Source: a candidate division WS1 bacterium (lineage in GTDB: Bacteria > Armatimonadota > Zipacnadia > Zipacnadales > UBA5352). Taken from it: a stretch of DNA of 64,000 nucleotides. The position numbers and the translations under genes are program-made. The notes under the pieces are model-generated. The model did not search any database and was not told where the DNA came from. It was given only the letters and a program-made list of their open reading frames with translations. Positions within the stretch are counted from its first letter, which is position 1, and every line of letters begins with the position of its first letter. Positions 39,327 to 47,096 of this stretch are shown here, one piece after another. The stretch lies in assembly GCA_012522765.1 (NCBI GenBank), contig JAAYJW010000312.1, forward strand, positions 2,753-66,752. Reading direction: 5' to 3'.

Positions 39327-40295
39327 GTGAAGACCGACCTGTCGCTCTGCATCGTCTCTTACAACTGCAAGGAACTGCTGGTGGAGTGCCTGCGCAGCAT
39401 ATTCGAGCACGTCGCCGGGCTGGAGGTCGAGGTGATCGTCGCCGACAACGCCTCCTCCGACGGCACCGTTGAGATGCTGCGGGCTGATTTCCCGCGGGTG
39501 CGCCTGCTCGCTTTCGAGGACAACCGCGGGTTCGCCGCCGGGACAAACGCGGCTATGGCCGCGGCGGGCGGCGAAGTGCTGATGATGCTGAACCCGGATA
39601 CGACGCTACGCGAGGGGGCTGTGCAGCAGCTCGTGGCCTTCCTGGGGGAACGCCCTGAGGCGGGGGCGGTCGGCCCCGCGATCTTCGATCCCGAGGGAGG
39701 GCTGCAGATGACCTGCCACCTCTTCCCGACGCTGTGGCAGACGCTGATACGCCAACTGGGGCTGCACCGTGCCTTCCCGGCCTCCCGCACTTTCGGCGCG
39801 TACGATATGACGTGGTGGGATCACAGCCAGCCGCGGCGCGTGGATTGGCTCTCCGGCGCTTGCATCGCCGTGCGGCGGGATGTTTGGGAGCGAGTGGGCG
39901 GTCTGGACGAGGGCTTCTTCATGTATGCGGAGGATGTGGATTGGTGTTACCGGCTTGCCCAGGCTGAGTTTGAGCGGTGGTATCTCCCCGGCGCCGAGAT
40001 TGTGCATCATGAAGCGGGGAGCTGGGCCGACGCGTCTCGGGAACGGATCATCGCGTCGCACCGCTCTATGTTCCGCTACTTCGGCAAGAACTACGGCCAT
40101 CTGCAGGAGGTGGCTGTGCGGCTGCTGGTGGCGTGGGGGGCGCTGATCCGCGGCAGCTTCTGGACCATCATGGGTCCGGTGCTGGGGGAGCGGGAGGCGT
40201 TCGTGTCGAGCTATGAGACTCACTTCCGCGTCGCCGAACGTGCGGCGGCGATGGAGGAGACGTGGCGCGAGCGACGCCGGGGGGGGCTGTCATGA
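39327..40295 (+). CDS. GT2 family glycosyltransferase (paralog a)
   Basis: SLCIVSYNCKELL...ADNASSDGT...DNRGFAAGTN...LNPDT. GTG start with RBS GGAGG. Confidence 0.8.
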   Translation: MKTDLSLCIVSYNCKELLVECLRSIFEHVAGLEVEVIVADNASSDGTVEMLRADFPRVRLLAFEDNRGFAAGTNAAMAAAGGEVLMMLNPDTTLREGAVQQLVAFLGERPEAGAVGPAIFDPEGGLQMTCHLFPTLWQTLIRQLGLHRAFPASRTFGAYDMTWWDHSQPRRVDWLSGACIAVRRDVWERVGGLDEGFFMYAEDVDWCYRLAQAEFERWYLPGAEIVHHEAGSWADASRERIIASHRSMFRYFGKNYGHLQEVAVRLLVAWGALIRGSFWTIMGPVLGEREAFVSSYETHFRVAERAAAMEETWRERRRGGLS

Positions 40296-41440
40296 GCGAC
40301 CGGCGCCTGCGTATCGGGATTGACGCACGCGCTATCTCTTACCCCAAGACGGGCGACAGGAGTTACACCCTCGGGCTGATAGACGGTCTCGCACGGCTGC
40401 GACGGGGGGGCACGGTGTCGCATGAGTTCGTGCTCTACTTCGATCAGGAGCCACCGGAGCAGCTTTCCTGTGCAGCGGAGAATGCTCTGGACCCAGGCTG
40501 GTCAGTCCACGTACTCGGGGCCCCTCACGGCCGCCTCTGGACATTGCAGGCGCTTCCCCGCGCGGCGAAAGAGGACGGAATCGATGTGCTCCACGTGCAG
40601 TACAACGGCCCGCGCATCAGGAGGCCCGCGCTGGTCACGACGGTGCATGACATCAGCTTCAGGCTGCATCCGGAGTGGTTTCCGCTCAAGGACCGCCTGC
40701 TGCTCGACCTGGGGCTCAGATCCACCCTCTCGGTCGCGCGGCATGTGTTCGCGGTCTCTGAGTTCACCCGCGCCGGTGTGATCTCAAGCTACGGCGTGCC
40801 GCCGGAGCGGGTCTCCGTGACGTACAACGCGTTGCCGCCGGCTTTCACCGCGCCGGATGAGGCGGCGGTCGAGCGGGTGCTGGCCGCCCATGGTCTGAGC
40901 CGCCCCTACGTGCTCTTCGTGGGTGTGCGCCAGCCAAGGAAGAACCTGCCGCGAACGGTCGCGGCCTTTGTGTCCGCGAAGCAGAGTGGGGCCCTCCCGC
41001 ATCGCCTGGTGCTGGCCGGCAAGGCCGGATGGCGTGCCACCGAGACTGAGCGGGCGATTGCCGAGGCGGGCGAGGACGTGCTACCGCTGGGTTATGTGCC
41101 GGATGAGGACCTCCCGGCGCTTTATGCCGGTGCGGACCTGCTGCTCTTTCCATCGCTGCTGGAGGGCTTCGGAATCCCGGTGTTGGAGGCATTCGCCTGC
41201 GGCACTCCGGTGGTGACTTCCGACGAGTCAGCGCTTCCGGAGATCGCCGGTGATGCCGCACTGCTGGTCAATCCGCGAGATGAGGAGGGCATCGCGGGGG
41301 CGATTCTGCGGGTGCTGAACGAGCCGACGCTGCGCGATGAGCTTGTGCGCAGAGGGTTTGAGCGGCTTCGGCTTTTTGACTGGCAGGAGACCGCGCGGCG
41401 CACCGTGGCCGGCTATGAGCGGGCGGTGGAGGTGCAGTGA
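40292..41440 (+). CDS. GT4 family glycosyltransferase
   Basis: EGFGIPVLEAFACGTPVV and VGYVPDEDLPALYAGADLLLFPS motifs. ATGA overlap. Confidence 0.85.
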   Translation: MSDRRLRIGIDARAISYPKTGDRSYTLGLIDGLARLRRGGTVSHEFVLYFDQEPPEQLSCAAENALDPGWSVHVLGAPHGRLWTLQALPRAAKEDGIDVLHVQYNGPRIRRPALVTTVHDISFRLHPEWFPLKDRLLLDLGLRSTLSVARHVFAVSEFTRAGVISSYGVPPERVSVTYNALPPAFTAPDEAAVERVLAAHGLSRPYVLFVGVRQPRKNLPRTVAAFVSAKQSGALPHRLVLAGKAGWRATETERAIAEAGEDVLPLGYVPDEDLPALYAGADLLLFPSLLEGFGIPVLEAFACGTPVVTSDESALPEIAGDAALLVNPRDEEGIAGAILRVLNEPTLRDELVRRGFERLRLFDWQETARRTVAGYERAVEVQ

Positions 41441-42321
41441 CCGAAGCCTGGCCGGACCTCTCGATCGTCATCGTCTCGTGGAACACTCGCGATCTGCTCG
41501 ATGCCTGCCTGGTGAGCATCAGGGCGATTCCGGACGCGGTTACACGCGAGGTCATCGTGGTGGACAATGCCTCCACAGACGGCACGGCAGAGATGGTGCG
41601 CGACGACCACCCGGACGTTTCGTTGATCGCCAACGAGGAGAACCGCGGGTATGCGGCCGGCAACAACCAGGGCATTGCACTGGCGGCGGGTAGAGACGTG
41701 TTGCTGCTCAACCCGGACATCGTGGTGCTGGAGGGCGCGCTGGATACGCTGGCAGGTCTGCTCGACGACAGGCCGCAGGTCGGGGCGGTTGCGCCGCGGC
41801 TGGTGCTGATGGACGGGAGTACGCAGGCGAGCTGCCGGAGCTTCCCGACACCTGATGTGGTGTTGTACGAGGCGCTGGGACTGAGCCGGCTCTTCCCGCG
41901 CAGCCGCCGCTTCGGAAAGTACCGCATGACGTGGTGGGACTATGACGACGAGCGCCCGGTGGATCAGCCGATGGCGTCCGCGTTGCTGCTGCGTGGCGAG
42001 GCATTGGAGCAGGTCGGCGGCATGGACGAGGACTTCCCGATCTTCTTCAATGACGTAGACCTGTGCAAGCGTCTGTGGGAGGCCGGGTGGGAGGTCTGGT
42101 ATACGCCGGGCGCGTCGATGGTGCACGTTGGCGGCGCGTCCACCAGGCAGGCGCGTCGGCGTATGATCGTCGAGTCGCACCGCAGCTTCGAGTTCTTCTA
42201 CCGCAAGCACTACCGCGGCCGCATCTCGTGGTGGAGCTACTGGATGGCGCTCGGCCTGCTTCGGTTGGGGTTTCGCCTCAGGTTACTGGGCCACGACTTC
42301 CGCCGGATGCTGTCGCGGTGA
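41437..42321 (+). CDS. GT2 family glycosyltransferase (paralog b)
   Basis: LSIVIVSWNTRDLL...VDNASTDGT...ENRGYAAGNN...LNPD. GTGA overlap. Confidence 0.8.
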   Translation: MTEAWPDLSIVIVSWNTRDLLDACLVSIRAIPDAVTREVIVVDNASTDGTAEMVRDDHPDVSLIANEENRGYAAGNNQGIALAAGRDVLLLNPDIVVLEGALDTLAGLLDDRPQVGAVAPRLVLMDGSTQASCRSFPTPDVVLYEALGLSRLFPRSRRFGKYRMTWWDYDDERPVDQPMASALLLRGEALEQVGGMDEDFPIFFNDVDLCKRLWEAGWEVWYTPGASMVHVGGASTRQARRRMIVESHRSFEFFYRKHYRGRISWWSYWMALGLLRLGFRLRLLGHDFRRMLSR

Positions 42322-42483
42322 TCTGCGCACGATTTCGTGAACAAAGGAGACAGGGCGCGGAGAGTTGAATATGTTCGTTCGAGTTGACCGCTCGTCCAGT
42401 TGGCGGAGGTTCACCCGGGGGACGAGTCGGGAGGAGAGAGTAGAGTGGCAGAGCAGCTACCTCGTACCGGAACCGGACGCAGC

Positions 42484-43731
42484 ATGAGCGCGAGAGACAG
42501 AAAGCCACTGCTCTACGCGGTGGCAGTGCTCCTCGCGCTGATGCTCGTGTTGTCGGCGACCGGTCAGATTCTCAACATCCGCCCCGCGGCCCTCGTGGGC
42601 TTCCCGATCATTCTTACCGCCGCGACCGCTTTGATACTGGTGCTGTTGGCAGCGGTTGCCCCCGATGAGCGTGCACCCACCTGCATGCATCTGGAGGATG
42701 TGGTGAGGATGAGTTTCCTCCCCGCGATCGCCGTTAGTCCGGAGACGCTCGAGGTGCTGGCGGCAAACGAGGCCGCGCGCGCACTGCTGGGCGAAACACG
42801 GTTTGCGGATGATCGCAATCTGGTGGACCTGCTCGGGAGTGACACGGGCGAGAAGTGTCGCGGCGTCGTTGAAGCAGCCGTCAGGGATGGCGCCGGGGAG
42901 GTCGACCGATGCAGCGTATACGACGATTCAGGCCGCCTTCGCAACATGCACCTGATGGGGCGCACTGACGCGGCGATCGCACCGGGGGCAGTTGTCGTGG
43001 CCTTCGCAGAGGGCGGTGTGGATGCGACGGTGGTTGAGTTCACCCGTGTGCAGGAGCGGCTGATGTCCAACATCAGCCACGAGTTGCGTACCCCCCTCAA
43101 CGTCGTCATGGGCTTTTCAGAACTGCTGACCACGGGAACGCTGGGCGAGATGCCGGAGGCCCAGCTTGATGCGGCACAGGAGTGTCACATCGGCGGTGAG
43201 CGCATCCTGGACCTTATCAACGACATCATAGACGTCGGCCGCAGCCGCAGCTACTACGGCCTTGAAGACGCGCATCCGGTGTCGGTGGCCGAACTGGTCC
43301 GGCGTCTGGAGAATCTGCTTGCGGGGCAGGCGCGACGGGAGGACATCAGGATCGAGACGGACCTCCCTGACGACCTTCCCCTGGTGAACGTAGAGGAGCG
43401 TCCCCTCAAGCAGTTGATCTATCACCTGCTGCTCGCCAGCGTCGATCGCAGTAAGAGCGGAGATACGGTGAAGCTCTCTCTGCGACGGGCCGAGGATGCC
43501 CTGCTGATGCAGGTCACCGACGCGGGCCCCGCGCTGAAGCGAGTTCCGGGGCCTCAACCGCTTGAGGCGGTTTCCGAGGAAGAGGGGAGAGAGGCACTTG
43601 CGCCGCCGCTGCTTGGTCTACCTCTGTGCGCCACGCTGGCCGACATGATCGGCGGGACGCTGTCTGTCTCTACTAACGACGAAGGCGTTCACTTCGTCTT
43701 TGAGCTACCGCTGGCGGGCGCAATAGCCTGA
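42484..43731 (+). CDS. Sensor histidine kinase (two TM helices, HisKA + HATPase_c)
   Basis: H-box SHELRTPLN, a degenerate N/G boxes region. No adjacent response regulator. Confidence 0.7.
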   Translation: MSARDRKPLLYAVAVLLALMLVLSATGQILNIRPAALVGFPIILTAATALILVLLAAVAPDERAPTCMHLEDVVRMSFLPAIAVSPETLEVLAANEAARALLGETRFADDRNLVDLLGSDTGEKCRGVVEAAVRDGAGEVDRCSVYDDSGRLRNMHLMGRTDAAIAPGAVVVAFAEGGVDATVVEFTRVQERLMSNISHELRTPLNVVMGFSELLTTGTLGEMPEAQLDAAQECHIGGERILDLINDIIDVGRSRSYYGLEDAHPVSVAELVRRLENLLAGQARREDIRIETDLPDDLPLVNVEERPLKQLIYHLLLASVDRSKSGDTVKLSLRRAEDALLMQVTDAGPALKRVPGPQPLEAVSEEEGREALAPPLLGLPLCATLADMIGGTLSVSTNDEGVHFVFELPLAGAIA

Positions 43732-43779
43732 TACGTCATGATCTGCGGAACGCGCGAACCTTTCGAGGAGATGGGCACA

Positions 43780-43896
43780 TGAAGAGACGCAAGGGCCCGC
43801 CGCTGCTGCACCTCCTCTGCTGCATTGCCACGCTCTCGGCCGCTATCCTCTCGGTCGCTGGCCGGGAGCCATGGTGCGGAGATGGAGAGGGGTAGC
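43780..43896 (+). CDS. Possible small hydrophobic peptide (38 aa)
   Basis: MKRRKGPPLLHLLCCIATLSAAILSV... with RBS GAGGAG. Could be spurious. Confidence 0.15.
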
Positions 43897-43898
43897 GA

Positions 43899-45932
43899 AT
43901 GACGCTGCTTACCCCTCTGCAGCTTCTCGCGGCGGCCGGAATCGCCGTGCCGATCCTCGTGCATCTCTTCGGGCGTCCGCGGCCCCGACTGGTGCGCTTC
44001 CCGTCGCTGATGCTCCTGCGCGCGGCACAGCAGCAGCGCAACGCCTCCACGCGCCTGCGCCGCCTTGTCTCGCTGATCCTCCGCTGCCTCGCGATCCTGC
44101 TGCTGGCGTTGATGCTGAGCCTCCCGGCTACAGATCGCGCGCCGCTGAGCTTGCTGGGCAGGCCTCTTGGCGCAAGCGCAATCGTGATCGACACCTCGCC
44201 CAGCATGGGAGCCGAGGTGGGGGATGATCGCCCGATCGATCGCGCGCGGAGGGCTGCAGCGGCCATCGCGGACACTCTGGGGCCCGGTGGCGTGGTGGTG
44301 CCTGCTACCGCCGGGGCGACGCTGAAGCCGCTTGCCGCGTCGGCGATCCCGGCGTCGGAGGCGCGAGGGCTGCTCGTGTCGGCGAGGCTCGGCGACGAGC
44401 GGGTGGACATTGCCGGTGCGCTGCAGGCGCTGAGCGAGGCAGGCGAGCCGCCCGCGAGGGCATTTGTGCTGACGGATATGCAGGCGACGTCTGTGGGGCG
44501 CCTGCCGTCGCACGCCGGAGGTGTCGCGCAGGTCGTGCTGATTGATGTCGGGGCCGCGATGGGCGGCAACTCCGCGATCATCGATCTGCAGCCCGAGCAG
44601 GTGGTACATCTGCGCGGTCGGCCGGTGCAGTTGGCTGCAACGGCGCGGACGTGGGGTGAGGGGCCGGGTCAGGTAGCGCTGACTGTTGAGGCGGCCGAGG
44701 AGACCGCGGGAGTTGGGATTGAGCTTCGTGCGGACAGCCTCTCGCTGGCGCAGGTGGAGCTCTCGGCGCCTGCATCCGGCCTGCTCGTCTGCCAGGCGAG
44801 CCTCCCGCCGGACAAGCTGCGCGTGGATGACAAGCGCCTGTACGCTGCGCTTGTGCGCGATCGTCTGCGCGTGGCGGTCATCGGCGACGCGGAGGAGACA
44901 CTCTTCATCCGGGCGGCGCTGGATCCGTTCGCGGAGGGCGATCAGCGGTCAACCATGGCTGTATCGCCGGCCGGAAGCATCGGCGGCCTGCCGCAAGCCG
45001 CCTGGGACGCCATCATCGTGGCCGATGCATCGGCGCTGCGGCCGGGAGATACGCAGGCGCTGGCCGAAGTGGTCCGAGCGGGGACAGGCGTGCTGCTGCT
45101 GACGACCGGCCCGGTGAGCGCTGAGGTTCTGCAGGTGGTCGGCCTGTCGGGTGTTTCGTTGGGAGAGGTGACGCGGCGCGAGGATGGCGCAGCGCTGGCT
45201 GAGCTTGCGACGGATCGTCCACCACTGGCCGCATTCGCACGACCGGGCGAGGGAGACCTCGGCGCGGCTCGCTTCATGAGGGTGCCCGCGGTGAAGGCCG
45301 GGTCACGTGACGGGGTAGTCGTGCTTGCGCGCTACGATGATGGCACCCCCGCGCTGCTTGAGGGCACGACCGGCCGCGGCCGCTCGCTGCTCTTCGCCAC
45401 CGCGCCGGATGAGCGGTGGTCGGACCTCGTGTCACTGCCGGAGTTCCCGCCGCTGATGCATCGCCTGGTGCTGCATCTATCGGCAGGCGCGGCGCAGACG
45501 ATCATGGCAGGCGCGCCTGGTGAATTGACAGTGGGAGATCTGCCGGACACCGCCCGTGAGCTCGTGATGATCGCTGAGGATGGTGCTGAGGCGGCTGTGC
45601 CACTTGAGGGCGGGCAGTGGCGCTTCGTACCGCAGACGCGAGGGGCATGGCGCGTTCTATCCGGCGGGGAGGAGATTGCGGCCTTCGCAGTCAATCTCGA
45701 CCCTGCTGAGTCAGATCCGGCGCGCATGGGAGCGAATGAGGCGCGCGAGGCCCTGTCTCCCCTGGCGACGGGAGTAGTGGCGTTCGACCACCTCGATGAA
45801 TACCTGCGGCGGATCGGGCCCGGGCTGACGGATCTGTCATCGTTGGTTGCGCTGCTTGCACTGCTGGTGCTTGCGGTCGAGGCAGTGCAGTCGCTGCAGT
45901 CGGTTGGAGGGCAGAGAGCGCAGGATGAATGA
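43899..45932 (+). CDS. Membrane protein with N-terminal double-transmembrane (BatA-like, TIGR02226-type) domain
   Basis: The N-terminus PLQLLAAAGIAVPILVHLF...LLLALML resembles the BatA/double-TM anchor found in PVC-type genomes. The remainder has no recognised motifs. Confidence 0.5.
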   Translation: MTLLTPLQLLAAAGIAVPILVHLFGRPRPRLVRFPSLMLLRAAQQQRNASTRLRRLVSLILRCLAILLLALMLSLPATDRAPLSLLGRPLGASAIVIDTSPSMGAEVGDDRPIDRARRAAAAIADTLGPGGVVVPATAGATLKPLAASAIPASEARGLLVSARLGDERVDIAGALQALSEAGEPPARAFVLTDMQATSVGRLPSHAGGVAQVVLIDVGAAMGGNSAIIDLQPEQVVHLRGRPVQLAATARTWGEGPGQVALTVEAAEETAGVGIELRADSLSLAQVELSAPASGLLVCQASLPPDKLRVDDKRLYAALVRDRLRVAVIGDAEETLFIRAALDPFAEGDQRSTMAVSPAGSIGGLPQAAWDAIIVADASALRPGDTQALAEVVRAGTGVLLLTTGPVSAEVLQVVGLSGVSLGEVTRREDGAALAELATDRPPLAAFARPGEGDLGAARFMRVPAVKAGSRDGVVVLARYDDGTPALLEGTTGRGRSLLFATAPDERWSDLVSLPEFPPLMHRLVLHLSAGAAQTIMAGAPGELTVGDLPDTARELVMIAEDGAEAAVPLEGGQWRFVPQTRGAWRVLSGGEEIAAFAVNLDPAESDPARMGANEAREALSPLATGVVAFDHLDEYLRRIGPGLTDLSSLVALLALLVLAVEAVQSLQSVGGQRAQDE

Positions 45933-47094
45933 ACAGGACCGGACGCGCCATGCGACGCGAGTGATGATTGACGCGGAGGCGCTGCGGCATAACGCGCGGC
46001 AGGTGCTTTCACGCCTGAAAAAGGGTACGCGCATGATGGCGGTTGTAAAGGCGAATGCGTACGGCCATGGGCTGATCGGAGCAGCCGAGACCTTCATCGG
46101 CGCAGGCGCTGAGTGGCTGGGAGTAAGCTCGGTGGCCGAGGGAGTTGCGCTCAGAGAGGCCGGGATCACCGCGCCCATCCTCGTCTTCATGCCTGCGGTG
46201 CGGGAGGAGTGCGAGGCGCTGGTGGAGGCCCACCTGACGGCCACCGTCGCCTGCACCGCGCATGTGACGTGGCTGCATGAGGCTGCGGAGGCGGTTGGAA
46301 CAAGCGCTCGCGCACACGTTTACGTTGACACCGGGCTGTCCCGGATGCCCGGCGATGAGCCTGCGATTGATATCATTGATACTGCTGCTGGCCTCGGCGT
46401 CACGGTGACGGGGTTGTACACGCACTACGGGCCTCCTGGTTCGGGAGCGATGGCGGATGGGCTGGACCTGTTCCGCTCGGGAGTGTCGGCGCGGATGTTC
46501 GGCGCGCTGGCTAACGACCTCCTGGCAGCGGCGGATCGGCGGGAGTTGATTGCGCATTGTGCGGCGAGCGCATTGACGCTGGAGGAGCCGGAGGCTCACC
46601 TCGGCATGGTTCGCGTGGGCACGCTGCTCTACGGGCAGTACCCGGCGCACGTGAAGCGTCGCGACCTCGACCTGCGAGACGCGTTCGAGCTTCGCAGCCG
46701 CATTCTGCACCTTGGAAGCGTTGGGGTCGGCGCGAAGATCGGCTACGGCGGGGAGTTCCGGGCGCGGCGCGAGACGCTGCTGGCGACTGTGCCGGTAGGG
46801 TATTCGCACGGTCTCGGGATGCTGCCGCAGAGCCTGGCTGAACGGCCGCAGACGGCGGTGAAGGGCTTCCTCTCACGCACCGCCGGGGCGTGGGGGAATC
46901 CGAAGCACTTGCCCGTGGTGCGCGTTCGCGGGCGGGAGGCGCCGATCGTCGGCCGCATTGCGATGGATCACTGCGTGGTGGATGTGACTGATCTGCCGGA
47001 AGCCGCACTGGGAGATGATGTGGTGCTGCCGGTGAGGCGCACGAGTGTCAATCCGGAGATCCCACGAGTGTTCGTCGCTCCCGAGGAGGACTGA
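45925..47094 (+). CDS. alr: Alanine racemase
   Basis: AVVKANAYGHG PLP-lysine motif. The start overlaps the upstream gene by 8 nt. Confidence 0.85.
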   Translation: MNEQDRTRHATRVMIDAEALRHNARQVLSRLKKGTRMMAVVKANAYGHGLIGAAETFIGAGAEWLGVSSVAEGVALREAGITAPILVFMPAVREECEALVEAHLTATVACTAHVTWLHEAAEAVGTSARAHVYVDTGLSRMPGDEPAIDIIDTAAGLGVTVTGLYTHYGPPGSGAMADGLDLFRSGVSARMFGALANDLLAAADRRELIAHCAASALTLEEPEAHLGMVRVGTLLYGQYPAHVKRRDLDLRDAFELRSRILHLGSVGVGAKIGYGGEFRARRETLLATVPVGYSHGLGMLPQSLAERPQTAVKGFLSRTAGAWGNPKHLPVVRVRGREAPIVGRIAMDHCVVDVTDLPEAALGDDVVLPVRRTSVNPEIPRVFVAPEED

Positions 47095-47096
47095 TT

